From Eledone cirrhosa (Eukaryota): DNA of 64,000 nucleotides. This document shows, one piece after another, positions 16,627 to 31,080 of the stretch. Every line of letters begins with the position of its first letter. The first letter of the stretch is position 1. The notes beneath the pieces are model-generated. The model saw only the letters and a program-made list of their open reading frames with translations, did no database searches and was not told the origin of the DNA. Both the position numbers and the translations under genes were made by a program. Location of the stretch: the NCBI GenBank assembly GCA_964016885.1, contig OZ024743.1, positions 144,584,001 to 144,648,000 on the forward strand, read 5' to 3'.

Positions 16627-17237
16627 GAGAAAATACAAGAGGGTATGTTTTCAATTACGAGGGGTAGAGAACCACTAGAGTGAAAAGCATAACGGCTACG
16701 AAAGGAGTGGAAAATACATATTAATTAAAAGAGTAAATCAAAATGTACAGACCAACCTTTATAACTATGAAACACCTGGACAAACTCTAAGAAGAGAATG
16801 TTTCACCATAAAAAGTGTCGAAACCATACCACCCAGGACTTCTTATCAGGTGTAAAGACAGTATGTTCGACACTTCTAAAGAAACTTCAGACAACTGAAA
16901 TATCGCATATGGTGAGAGAAGATACGAAAACATGCACGCTAGACAGTACATAGTGGCTTGAATGGATTAAAAAAAACGCTAGAAATATATTGTAGAAATA
17001 TAAGTTTTCACCGTATTTTTGACTAAAGGTATTTTTAGCCTGATATTGGGGTTTAAAACCCTCTAAAAATGTAAAAGGATGAGTATAGACGCACATTCTC
17101 ATTCTTTTTCCTTTTTAAAGGGTTTTAAACCCCACTATCAGGCTAAACATTTCTTTAGTCAAAAATAGGCGAAAGCTTCTACTTCTACTAAATTTCAAAC
17201 TTCGCTCACTGTTTCAAAACAAATTGCTTTATATATA

Positions 17238-17766
<529 letters not shown>

Positions 17767-17965
17767 TCTGATTATTAAGTAAAAATAACCAGCGCATGGT
17801 GAAGTTTCGTGATTTGAATATTTTGTATAGACAATTATCCGAGTTTTTAAAAATCTATTAAACTGTAATTTCACTCTCTCTCACTCACATGCATATCTAA
17901 CAACAATATATGAAGTACAATGTATCAATATATTTTATATTCAATTACATTTTTCTTCATTGTAG

Positions 17966-18228
17966 CTGTAACACTGAACAGGTAACAGAAAAGTGCCCCA
18001 AAATGCAAGGATGCGAGATATTTAAAAGCCAAGTGTTTGAAGAATGTGCCGCAAAACTCGGAAAAGATCGAATCGAAATGTTCCTGGAAGCATGTCAAAT
18101 AGATATGTGTTCTTATGTGGACAACAAAATGAATAAAATGATGTCTCAATGCAGAATGATCGAAGCAATTGCAAAGGAATGTAATAATGCTGGTGCTCCA
18201 GTCGACTGGAGAACGAAATCAAATTGCT
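17966..18228 (+). CDS. Host gene exon, C8 domain (CNTEQVTEKCPKMQGCEIF...FLEACQIDMC...VDWRTKSNC)
   Basis: cattgtag acceptor, T|gtaagt donor, phase 2-1; C8 motifs F-x2-C-x2-D-x-C and WR-x4-C. Confidence 0.92.
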
Positions 18229-18388
18229 GTAAGTTATTATATATTTATAAGATAGATAGACATGTAAATACATATAGATCGGTAGTTTCGCGTGTGAATG
18301 TGTGTATGTGTGTTTGTGTGTGTGTGTGTGGTTGTTTTTGTTTTGAATGGTGGAGCTTTCAGACAAAGATACTACCAGTAATAGTATC

Positions 18389-19150
18389 CGCGTGGCTTTG
18401 TGGTTAGGGAGTTCGGCTCACGATCGCAAAGTCATGAGTTCGATTCACGGTGGCGCCTTGTGTTCTTGAGAAAGACTTTATTTCACGATTTTCCAGTCCA
18501 AGTAGCTGGAATAATGAATTGTACTTGTGATTCAAAGCGCTATGCTTGTCACACACTGTGTCACATTGAATCTCCATGAGAACGTACACGTATCTGTAAA
18601 ATACTCAGCCATTTACAAGTCGATTTCATGAGCAGGATGTTCTGTTGATCAAATATATTGAAACACTCATCTCCGGAAATGACGGAAGTCGAACACAGTA
18701 GTTTCAGTGTTGGAGTCAGCCGAAGGAAATATATTAATACACTACTTTATAGTATGGAGTACATTATATTTTGTTTGTTACCTCCTCTAACACGTATATA
18801 TGCATGTGTGGGCTTATGCATTTATTATATATCTATGCATATATCTGTATGTGAAGGTGGTCATTTAGTGGTTATGGGTGTTCGGCTCACGATCGTAAAG
18901 TCGTATGTTAAATTCGCAGTGGCACGTTGTTTCGTTGAGCAACACATTTCACGTTGCTCTAATCCACTCAGCTAGCAAAAATGTGATGAACTTCTAATTC
19001 AAAGGGCCGGTCGTGTCACAAAATGTGCCACACTGAATATCCCAGAGAACCATGCTAAGTGTGCACGTGTATGTGAAATACTCAGCCAACTGCACGTTAA
19101 TTTCGTGGACAGGCTGTTCTGTTATTCGACAACTGGGTCACTAGGCCTCG
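18389..19150 (+). mobile_element. Two diverged copies of a second tRNA-derived SINE (18389-18690, 18857-19150)
   Basis: A-box-like tggc..tgtggttag, ttcggctcacgatcg, B-box gagttcgattc; the two bodies are mutually similar. Confidence 0.65.
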
Positions 19151-19268
19151 GAAATTAGCATAAGACATATACACATGACGAAGGACCGTGACAAGTGGAT
19201 AGATGCTATGCTGAATAGGACCCGTCCCACTCTTGCAAGCAGGGAAAAGCGAACGTAAAATGACGATG

Positions 19269-19331
<63 letters not shown>

Positions 19332-19383
19332 GTATATATATATGAAAATATTATATATTTTCACTAGCTCTGAGAGTTGGCAG

Positions 19384-19449
19384 GTGAACAGTGAACTGTA
19401 CTGATGAAGGGTAATACCCAGAAACATTAGTGTCTGCAGTTCTGTTTAC
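19384..19449 (+). ncRNA. Type I hammerhead ribozyme with long stem I
   Basis: gaactgta CTGATGA a-gggt aat accc-a GAAA cat ta gt GTC tgcagttc, plus extension gtgaaca/tgtttac; predicted cleavage after C19434. Confidence 0.8.
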
Positions 19450-19566
19450 ATGCCAACACAAGAACAAGAATGAGGGGCTCATTCTACTGACATGGCTTTA
19501 AAAAAAAGGGTGTTTGCATAATTGCAAATGAATCTAATATTTTAATATTCGAAAAACTCAGATTAC

Positions 19567-19644
<78 letters not shown>

Positions 19645-19651
<7 letters not shown>

Positions 19652-22600
19652 TAAAATAATAGATTAAAGTTTAAGCAAAGAATCGCTGCTTTCACCCTTA
19701 ACGGGATGTTCTGAAACTAAAAAAATCGATCTGTGAACACAGAAGTAAATATTTCGAAAAACGTTGCAACCGAAGGAAAACAGGAAGACGATACTTTGGT
19801 TAGTGAAGACGTTCCCTGGCAATGAACGGAAAAAAGCGAAAATAATACGTCGTTATGTGGAGCGTTGAGAACACGCAAAGACAAAACCACGTTTAAGGTA
19901 TAAATGGAGTCGTAGACTAATATTCTATTTAGGAAACCGAATGATTCTGGGCTTCGGAGTTAAGAATAATGTAAATAAATTAGTAGAACAAAAATGACAG
20001 AGGTTATTAAAATCATAAAAGTAATAATAATAAATATATACATACACACATCTATATACGTACAAACACGTGCATACGCGAAAACACCCACCATGCATGC
20101 ATATATACACATAAACGCGCGCACACGTACATAAACCTGCGCAACACATGTACCCGCACGGTAATCTATATCAAATGGAGCGCAGTACTTACCATCAACT
20201 GCTACATAATGCTGTAACTAAGGATTACCGGAAAACCAATCGGAGTGTCATTTAATGACATCAACCATGCTGAGTTTAAAATCACTTCTGAACTCAACAT
20301 ACAGGACCGGACTGAATCTCTGGACCCTATTTCTCCCCGCTTTACCCAATTTCGCTAACAACCCTTCTATTCGGCTAATTAACCCTACGAAGTCTGATTT
20401 AGGTAGACTTATTAAAAGGATTTTAGATAGAATTATACCTGAAATTAGAAGTTTGGCCCCTCTTGCACTGTGGAATAATTCTTTCGCGGTGATTGATTGG
20501 TTCAATGGCATATGCAACATTGCCAATTTATCCAATTCGACATTAATAACTACTACTTCTCCATCACTTTACCACTTCTTAGAGCTATCATTTTTGCTAA
20601 ACCGCTCACGGTGGTTAAGGATTTCGAAGTTGATGTCATCCTCAATGCCCGTAAGTCGGTGATTAATTTCGACGACTCTATTTGGATAAAAAAAATCTAA
20701 TAGTGCCCCATTCGACGTGAGTATGGGCCCCAGCGATTCAGCGGAGGTTACAGATCTTATCGGCCTTTTCCTTCTTTTCTCTATCAAGGAAGAATTCCCC
20801 AATGTGGGCAGTGGTTTGTACCACAACGACGGTCTTCTGACCATGACAAAGTGCGGTCTCCGTGCTTGCGACCGGTTTAGAAAAGAACTCGCAGAATTGT
20901 TTCAAGGCTTCAACCTCTCCATACAGGTTGAGGCCAACCTCTCGGTCGTAAACTACCTCGGCGTTACCCTCAATTTGTTGAATGGCTTGCACTACCCGTA
21001 TAGAAAGCCGAATGATACGCTTAATTACATCAGTAAGAATTCTAACCATCCTGCCAGCATAACCAGAAACCTGGTAAGAAACGTTTCTTTGAGGCTTTCC
21101 CGTCTATCTACAAACGAGCATATTTTCACCGACCATTCCAAATATTACAATGGATCTTTTTCTCGGAGTGGATTTGTCGATAAGGTTGCATATACTAAGT
21201 ATGAACATAAACCTAGGAATAATAGATCCCGACGCATTATATGGTATAACCCACCATATAATATGGAGATGGCCACACCATTAGCTAAGATCTTTCTCTC
21301 CCTTATTAAGAAACATTTCCCCTCAGCACATAAATATAATAAGCTTTTTAATAGAAATACCATTAAAATATCTTACTCTACGACTCCTAACTTTGCACAT
21401 AACATCACTGCTTCAAATTTAGCTAAATTACCTAGCCGTAGGAACACGTGCAACCCTGTAGCTAGTACTAACTGTAATTGTAGGAATCGGGTTGGCAGCC
21501 GTCTATCCGGGAAATGCCTCTCCAGTAAAATTGTCTACAAATGCAAGATCGAAATACCCACGTCTAGTGGGGCCTACATAGAGTTAACCGCCAATAAATT
21601 CAAGCAGCGTCTTTACATGCACACCCATTCTTTTCTTAACTCTTTAAGAAGGAATATGACGTCACTTTCAGCTTATATCTAGAGTCTAAAAGACAACCAC
21701 ACCCAATATATGTTACACTGGGAGATCCTAGCTAAAACTAGATCGTATAACGGAAATAAAAGACCATGCGATCTTTGCGCCGCTGAAGCCCTGGAAATAC
21801 TCTCGCCAATGATCACATCTTAAACAAACAATCTGAGGCAATTTCGGCTTGTAAACACAAATTGCATAAAACTTTCCTGTATTACAGCCCCACATTATAC
21901 CCCAACGGATAGTACGAACAATACACGGATAATTTACGTCTTGATGTGGTAGCTAAGTATATTTTATGTTTATACCATTACTTATTTGTATAGGTAAGTA
22001 TACCTTACCCGTATGTTTTGTGGAGGTACGTATATATGCTTGTATTTGTTATAGGTGTATATATTATATTATATATACTGATATATGTGTATATGGTTAT
22101 GTGTGTATGAGTGTATGCGTGTTTGCACGTATGTAAGGTGTGTATATGTGTACTTGAGTTTTGGTATACGTAACGTTTGGTGAACATATGTGTATTTACC
22201 CATAGGTATTTGTGCGCGTGCGTTATATACGTATTTATGTGTGTATATTTATATACGTTTATATAATTATATGTATATACACACACACACAACACATATA
22301 TATTTTTTATGTGTATTTGGTGTATACGTTCGTATGTGTGCGGGTACATGTGTTGCGCGGCTTATGTACGTGTGCGCGCCTTTATGTGTACGTGCATGTA
22401 TATGCATGCATGGTGGGTGTTTTCGCGTATGCACGCGTTTGTACGTATATAGATGTGTGTATGTATATATTTATTATTATTACTTTTATGATTTTAATAA
22501 CCCCTGTCATTTTCGTTCTACTAATTTATGGTGGATTGGCAGTATCGGTAGAGGGTCGGGCGCCATGCTTTGCAGCATAGTTACGTCCCTTTACGGACTG

Positions 22601-23125
22601 AGTTCAAATCCCTCCGAGGTTAACTTTGCCTTTCATCCTTACGGGGTCGATAAAATTAAAAGTAGCAGTAATACACTGGGATAATTGCTGGCCTTGTGCC
22701 AAAGGTAGAAACAATTATTCTTAACTCCGAAGCCCAGAATCATTCGGTTTCCTAAATAGAATATTAGTCTACGACTCCTTTTATACCATAAACGTGGTTT
22801 TGTCTTTGCGTGTATTTGTTCTCAACACTCCACATAACGACGTATTATCTTCGTTTTTTTTCGTTCATTGCCAGGGAACGTCTCCACGAACCAAAGTATC
22901 GTCTTCCTGTTTTCCTTCGGTTGCAACTTTATTCAAAATATTTACTTCTGCACTCACAGATTGATTTTTTTAGTTTCAGAAGATCCGTTAAGAGTGAAAG
23001 CAGCGATTCTTTGCTTAAACTTTAATCTGTTATTTTAATAAATATTTGCTCTATGGTTCTTATATATTTGATATATATTTATCCTTATCGAACCCTCTTT
23101 GGATTTTAGTCTTCACATTTATTAT
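19645..23125 (+). mobile_element. Penelope-like element with 5' inverted pLTR (RT-GIY-YIG remnants 20160-21900)
   Basis: ORFs 20255-20662 and 20717-21682 (MGPSDSAEVTDLIG, PYRKPND, IIWYNPPY, CLSSKIVYKC, FKQRLYMH). 19645-20158 is the reverse complement of 22340-23040, minus the SINE. Confidence 0.9.
22531..22719 (+). mobile_element. tRNA-derived SINE inserted into the Penelope pLTR
   Basis: Same family as 11026-11210; absent from the inverted arm at about 19980. Confidence 0.82.
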
Positions 23126-23128
23126 TAT

Positions 23129-23221
<93 letters not shown>

Positions 23222-23391
23222 CATATATATATATATATAATAATAAGTTGACGGACGCAGCATAGGTATCAATGCTAGGACTGGTTGCAGCTCGGCGTAC
23301 TCAATAGGTAATGTTAAATACACTCCCAGAGTATACACATAGTTATTCGCTTCAATACAACACACGTAAACGGGTACGTATATATATATTT

Positions 23392-23520
23392 ATATAGAAA
23401 AGGCTTCTACAGGACTAGAACTGTTTCATTCGGGAGAAATCATCAGGAAGCCCCTCAGGCGCTTCCTGATGATTTCTCCCGAATGAAACAGTTATAGTCC
23501 TGTAGAAGCCTTTTCTATAT
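23392..23520. ncRNA. Back-to-back hammerhead hairpin: type I HHR on + (23461-23509) and on - (23403-23451)
   Basis: gcttc CTGATGA t-ttc tccc gaa-t GAAA cag ttatagtc ct GTA gaagc; the 60-bp arms differ by one base, in loop III. Confidence 0.8.
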
Positions 23521-23624
23521 TAAATATTTATACTCTGCTTTGTATTGAGTCCCTTACTTACTGTGGTTACCCCCCGATTGAACCCGGGATAAACTTCTAT
23601 ATATATATACACACACATATATAC

Positions 23625-23753
<129 letters not shown>

Positions 23754-24582
23754 CTCTATTTCTTTTCGGGCTTATCATAGATAGATTTGAAGAAGGGGAA
23801 AAACGAAAAGACGGACATATAAATCAATTCATACTAATATAGATATTTTCTTCCATTGCTCAATATATTAAACTACACAAACTATTGTGTATTTTACAAG
23901 ATACGGTGATAATAACTTTGTATGTTTTAACCTGGTATTTCGTCGAGAAAGATGACAAAATAATTTACAAAGAACTTGTGGACATAAGGAAAAGAGAACA
24001 ATAAAAGTGCAAAAGTTACAAAAATAATTAAGTAATTGATTAATCCAAGAAATATAATTCTGGAATAACAATCTGGAAGCATATAAATAAAGAGATGAAT
24101 CTCATCTATTCATTGTGTAGAGGGAAAAAGTAATATGTTGCGGATGGATACACGTAAAAATAAATATTGACTTCCAACTTTCGTAGAAGGCCGCACATTT
24201 CACAGAGAGAAAGTCACAATTGTATAGAAAGTATAAATAATCAATTGAATTTATATCAATAGATTATTGGTACATATATTGATGGGAAAAAGAAAAGTCC
24301 ATCGGTGGTGGAATATGAAATCAAGAAGTGAATGTATCTAATTAAATATTGAATGTAATTTAGTCTCGTATTATACAATGCCATTACAATTACAACATAT
24401 AAGACAATGGTACAAAGATGCAATCAGCAAAAGAACAAATTATTTCATCTGATCATATCCAAATTATATTACAATACATTAAGTCAGTGCATAGAAAAAT
24501 ATATGTATGTAGGTGTAGACAGACATTAGATCACACAGAAACTGGAACGTTTTCGAAAATATACACACATGTCTTCTATTAT

Positions 24583-24758
24583 CAGTATCGGTAGAGGGTC
24601 AGAGGCCATGCTTTCCAGCATAGTTACGCCCCTAACGGTCTGAGTTCAAATCCCGTCGAGGTTAACTTTGCCTTTCATCCTTACGGACTCGATAAAATAA
24701 AGTACCAGTAATGTACTGATTAATTGCTGGCCTTGTACCAAAAGTAGAAACAATTATT
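24583..24758 (+). mobile_element. tRNA-derived SINE
   Basis: Same family as 11026-11210. Confidence 0.8.
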
Positions 24759-25174
24759 TAATACATTTGATCTCAGAGACGTGCTTTAAACTAATAAAGC
24801 GTCTAAGCCAAAATGTAATTACTTCTATATATAATAACAATCATGACGATAGAGATGAGGATGAATGAGATAATGATGACGCTATTTTTTTTATTGTTTA
24901 TGTTGTTACACGTATACTTACAGGAGTATACGTACAGGCTTTATTAAACTGAATATTGCCAGTCTTTCGTTTAAAAGTTACTTTTCTATTGGTGCACACG
25001 ATTGAATTTTCTCTCGTTTACTTTTTCGTCTTCAAATCTGAACATAACTGTCTCATAAAGCAGTTTCCCCGACAACAAATAAAACAAAACCCTGTAGATA
25101 TTTCATACATTACATTCAATTTGCCAAACAATCATTATTTGGTTTTTATTATATTCAAATTTTCTTTATTTAAG

Positions 25175-25365
25175 CTCAAATTTGTCCCAACAACCAAGAA
25201 CACAAGAGCAAAGTGTTAACTTGTCAACCATCCTGTAGTAATAGATCACCAAACTGTAATATTTACACTGATGGTTGCGTGTGTAAACCTGGTTTTATCC
25301 TCAGTGGAGAAGATTGCGTTCCTGAATCAGAATGTGGTTGTCTGAAGGAAAATTTCTATATGACA
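25175..25365 (+). CDS. Host gene exon, TIL domain (SQICPNNQEHKSKVLTCQPSCSNRSPNCNIYTDGCVCKPGFILSGEDCVPESECGC...)
   Basis: tttatttaag acceptor, gtaag donor, phase 1-0; GC-x-C-x-x-GF...CVP-x3-CGC signature. Confidence 0.92.
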
Positions 25366-26039
25366 GTAAGAAAGATATATCAAAGTTTATTATTCACGCT
25401 TCAGATAATGTAGTAGTGTAGTTTCATGTAATGTAGAGTTTTAGTATAAGCTTTCAAGTTAAGAGTCTACATCTAAAGGAATATTTTCATATGTGGGATT
25501 GCTTGCCGATAAATATTACTCAAATAAGAAAACAAAATATATAGATGCTCGGTTTTTATTTGACTTCAAGTTGGCTTTGCATATATGCTAAAAATATTGA
25601 GTTTTATAACCATGTAAACACAAAATCTTAAAATGATACTTCTCTGGGCAGCAAAAGAAGCTATCGAATGTAATGCTTGCTATTCACAATTCCACACAAC
25701 CGATATAACATAACGTTTAAATCCTGCAAATAATGTTCTATATATACATTCTGAGTACAAGTCATATCAGTTTGGTTTTGAATTTCATCCTTTAGTTTAA
25801 ATGGCCAGTAATTCTAACCCAAAATGTGTCCTTGTGTCATTGTAAAAAATCCTTCAACAATGTATTTTGCTTCAAAGGCTTATCAAAATGTTCAGTAAAT
25901 TTGTTTATATTTCTATGAACTACATTATAATATCGAATTCAGAACCATATAATATAATATATTGAATGTGTCACAAAAAATTCAATATTTGAGCATTTAA
26001 AGATACATTTAACGTAGAAACGATAGTTTCTTAAATAGA

Positions 26040-26478
26040 AGCCTTTGCTGTATGAAGTATAAACATTTCTATTATTCCTCCGTGCGCAGAAAAACGTAAC
26101 AGAATATTCTTTTGCATTTCAGGCGTTATAACATCTTTATCAGAGAACAATTACCACTATGATTCTATGTATGGAGAAATATTGCTACAGCAACCTTTTA
26201 TAAATGATACATCTATATTATTTCTTTAACAACGTCGCTAAACATACACGTCAGGTGAAATAGGCTGTATGCATTTTCTATACTCTGTATGATATATACA
26301 GCGTTGTTATAACACTATATAATAGTATTCTTCCATATTTGGAATCATAGGGGCAGTTATTCTCTGATTAGTTCTCAATAAAGTCTGAAATGCATAAAAA
26401 TAATACATAACGTTTTTCTACGTAGGGAGGAATGGTTGAAAGTGGTTGCACTACACACTTCATTTACAGCCAAGGTTT
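26040..26478. repeat. Old degenerate fold-back/MITE-like inverted repeat
   Basis: About 26040-26190 is complementary to about 26320-26478 (e.g. agaaaaacgt/acgtttttct, tgcatttcag/ctgaaatgca, ctatgattc/gaatcatag). Confidence 0.65.
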
Positions 26479-26863
26479 CTGAATAAAATAACAGTGGTTA
26501 TATCTAGCTTAAGTGTACCACAAAAGAAATTGATAGTCTTCCTGATGTTTATCTATTTTCTAGATACATATATGTTTCGATAAATGCATGCATGGTCCCA
26601 TGACTCCTGAGAGAGTCATAGGGGCGCCGTATTGACAAACGGCGTTTTTAGGGCATTTTTAAAACCCAGCGGAGCCCAATCATCTCCAAATTTGAATACA
26701 CCAGATTTGCAGAAGGATAGAGAGGATGAAAGTGTGAAAGAGATATTGAGGAAGAATAGCTCCCAGTACAAGATTGGTGATTTTTTTTTTTATTGACGTC
26801 GATATATATATATATTCTGTTCTCTCTCTCGCTTTCACACACACACACACGCACACACACATG

Positions 26864-26936
<73 letters not shown>

Positions 26937-26942
26937 TATATA

Positions 26943-27078
<136 letters not shown>

Positions 27079-27251
27079 AGGCTTCCCACAGTTGTACTTG
27101 ACTAAAGTACCATGCGATATGATCAAATATTGAACTAGGTGGCTCCGACATGCTTTTTAAAAATATATAGCCATGCCTGTGCTTATGTGCATATGTATAT
27201 TTCCAAGATATTTCATAATATCATTCGTAATAATTTTGTTCTTTTTTCTAG

Positions 27252-27435
27252 CTGAATGAAGAGATCTATTCAAGTGATTGTCTTACAAAGACTATATGTC
27301 ACAATGAAAATGAAATGAAAAATATTCAAATGCCTAGTTGTTCTTTGAAAAGCAGTTGTACTTTCAAAGATGGTAAATACGGTTGTACATGCAACACAGG
27401 ATACACATTGTACAAGGGAAAGTGTCAAAAATTAG
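27252..27435 (+). CDS. Host gene exon, TILa-like/EGF-like module (LNEEIYSSDCLTKTIC...CSLKSSCTFKDGKYGCTCNTGYTLYKGKCQKL)
   Basis: ttttttctag acceptor, G|gtaagt donor, phase 0-1, open Cys-rich frame. Confidence 0.9.
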
Positions 27436-27518
27436 GTAAGTTTACGATACATACAAATTGACTGAATATCTAAAATAACATCTCTCTCCCTCTCATCTGT
27501 CTCCTCCCCCCCTCTCTA

Positions 27519-27951
<433 letters not shown>

Positions 27952-28072
27952 GTATTATGCTGTGGTAAATTGATTTCTATTAATTCCTTCATTGAGAAAA
28001 ACTGGTATTACTTGGACTCCCTCATATGTATGTCTATTTATGTATAAATATATATGTACCTTCAATTAATTT

Positions 28073-28150
<78 letters not shown>

Positions 28151-28884
28151 AGTGTAATATACTACACAAAACGAAGGTTATAGAGAAAATTGAGGTTGGT
28201 AATGGCACATGGAATATATAAGAGACAGAATACTTTTTTGTGAAAAAACATATAATTTTATAAGGTAAGGAAATAATAAAGGGTATAAAAAATGACCGGT
28301 TTCGATGGGTCTGCAAAAGCCATCTTTTCAAATGTTGATTAATATTAAGAAAAATTAACAAGAAGAGTTAAAATTTGAGATTTGAAAATTCAAGTATAAA
28401 ATTCATTGTGGGATTTCACAGTAGTTTTCATCTTGGTAGCAGCTCGTTTAGCAGCTCGTTGACTGCTGGGTCCCTTTCTGGTAGTGAAGTATTCTGTCTC
28501 TTATATATTCCATGTGCCATTACCAACCTCAATTTTCTCTCTCTCTATATATATATATATATAGTAATAATGATAAATTTGAAGACTAAAATCCAAGGAT
28601 AAATATATATAAGAACCGTAGAGCAAATATTTATTAAAATAACAGATTAAAGTTTAAGCAAAGAATCGTTGCTTTCACCCTTAACGGGATCTTCTAGCAG
28701 CGATTCTTTGCTTAAACTTTAATCTGTTATGGACACACTAGAAGAGGAAGACCAAGGTTAACGTATGTTGATGCCCTCAGGACAGACACTGGTCTGTTGG
28801 AGATGCAGGACATGGCAGCGATAATGAGGGACTGAGACCGCTGGAGAGAACTCGTCCATGGATCTCGGGAATTTTACCCGCCTT

Positions 28885-28971
<87 letters not shown>

Positions 28972-29695
28972 TAGATATATACGTCACACTCGCACACACT
29001 CTTTTTCTCTCACGCCCACATGCTCGTACACATACACAAACACACTCATATATATATATATATATATTGTTGCAGAAGTTAAGGTGCTGAAGATACGTGG
29101 TTGTTACCCTGTAACGTCGTGAGGGTACGCCGGTAGTCTATCCCAGCTAAAAGTTGATGATTCGGAGTGACGGAGTATTCATTTATCAAATTAAGAGTAG
29201 TTAAGACAGGGTTAATTCACCATAATTGCTTTATTGCATGATATATATTTCTGTTATATGGTTATGCATGTGACTTCATCAGATGCTCATAAAATCATAG
29301 TTGTAGCTATGCAATCATGGGGATATGTTGCTGGTCACGTATTACCATCCAGTTGTAATGAGCATCTGATGAAGTCACATGCATTTACAAATTTATCATA
29401 TTTTTTATTTGGTTATCAATATACAATCGGAGGACAAAAAAAAGCTTTATATGATTTATGAGAAAGTATTTTTTCACGAGGTAAAGAGTGAGCCTTCATG
29501 CGACCACTAGATTTATTTAAAAGAACAGCTAAATCTACATCCAGATTATACTGTGTTGTCTTTAAGGAATAATACTGTGTTGTCTTTAAGGAATAAAACA
29601 TTTGATTTTATGTCTGATCAGTAACATTTTGATCTTGGGTTAAAAATAAAGAAATGATTGAATAGATTAAGCTTAAACACATAATCTCTCCTTGA

Positions 29696-30277
29696 AACAT
29701 GTATCCCAGTACAACCTGTCTCATGGTCGGGTCGTTGGCGACTAAACTGGCAACCCCACCAAGGTTTCTTGGTGAGGAGGGTGACTTTGGACATCCTGCA
29801 GGACTAAAAACAAAACCTGTCAAAGGGCAAAGGAGCTCTTAAGAGTCAATGGCCATCCAAAATCACCGGGAGAGATGACCCTTTAGCCTTTGTCAAGGCA
29901 GAATTCTAGGAGAAGGAAAACTCAGATATAACACCTGCAACCATGATGGTATCCAATGATGTTGACTTGTTCTTCTTTTTGGTAAATATCATCTTGGTTA
30001 AGAGAGTGGGACTGGCTTTGTGCAGTGCCTTTGCTCACTATAAAAGCTTCACGGCACAGGCATTGCTTTATATCTAGAGATCTCTCTGCACTTGTCGTCA
30101 CATGGTACCATGGGCCCAGCACTATGTGTCAATAATTGTCACAAGTGTAGTGTTTGTACCAGAGTTTTCAAATCGCTGGCTGGACTAAAAAGTCACACTC
30201 GTTCAGCGTATCGGTAGGGGTTCTCCTTCATGGATATAAAGTAGTGGCCGTACTCGAAAACGAGTTGGCAGCCACCA
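29696..30277 (+). mobile_element. Non-coding repeat of about 585 bp ending in (TATG)n, resembling a LINE 5' UTR (second copy 31190-31781)
   Basis: Two near-identical copies; contains gaaggaaaactc-type motifs and several hairpins; no long ORF. Confidence 0.65.
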
Positions 30278-30380
30278 TGTATGTATGTATGTATGTATGT
30301 ATGTATGTATGTATGTATGTATGTATGTATGTATGTGTGTGTATGTATGTATGTATGTATGTGTGTGTGTATGTATGTAT

Positions 30381-31080
30381 GTTCTTCTGGTTTCATTATT
30401 TTATTAATTTTTAGAGCCGGTTTCTAACATAGACACCAGACTCTTTCATTGGAATTTATACAATATCAACTAGGTAAATATGCCTGAATGTCTGCATGCA
30501 TGCGTGTGTATACGTGTGGGGGTGGGGTGGGGGTGGGGGGTGCAGGTATGGGTGTTATTGTAAATGTAGATCTGTATGCTTTGAGTTACATGTATACACA
30601 TGTATATGCTTTGTATCTATCCATGTGTATATGCAGTTATTACATGCAGAATTCTTTGAAAGTTTTACATATATTTACAGTTTCATTATTGGATTGTATT
30701 TGTAACCTCCTAATTAGTCGTCTTTTTTTCTGGTTCAGTGAAGCTCAGCTACACAATATTTGTACTGAGGCAGTTACTAACATATCCCAGTGCCCCTATA
30801 ATCTGAAGGTATAGTCAGGGTGGAATAACTGCAGATACCTCATAAGTTCTGCATATATATTCTCCTTTTCGCTAATCTTTAATACTATATTGGTATCTGT
30901 TGGGCAGCTAACTTCCACTACTGTGCATGCCTTCTTTTCCTTGTCCCATATCATTATATCTGGTCTGTTATATTTGCATTTTATTGGGGTTTTTACTGGA
31001 AAATTCCACCAGTACTCTTTCATATTATGTATAAGCCTTCCATATGGTTGTAATATTTAATATGTTTATTGTCGGGGCTA
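30381..31080 (-). mobile_element. 5'-truncated R4/Dong-like retrotransposon 3' end
   Basis: ORF 30796-31023 (RPDIMIWDKEKKACTVVEVSCP) matches 52685-53686; flanked on both sides by (TATG)n. Confidence 0.85.

Noticed and set aside
16990-17192. Inverted repeat of about 90-bp arms as another hammerhead fold-back
   Set aside because: The inverted repeat is real, but the core (ctgatatt...aaaa) is too degenerate to call.
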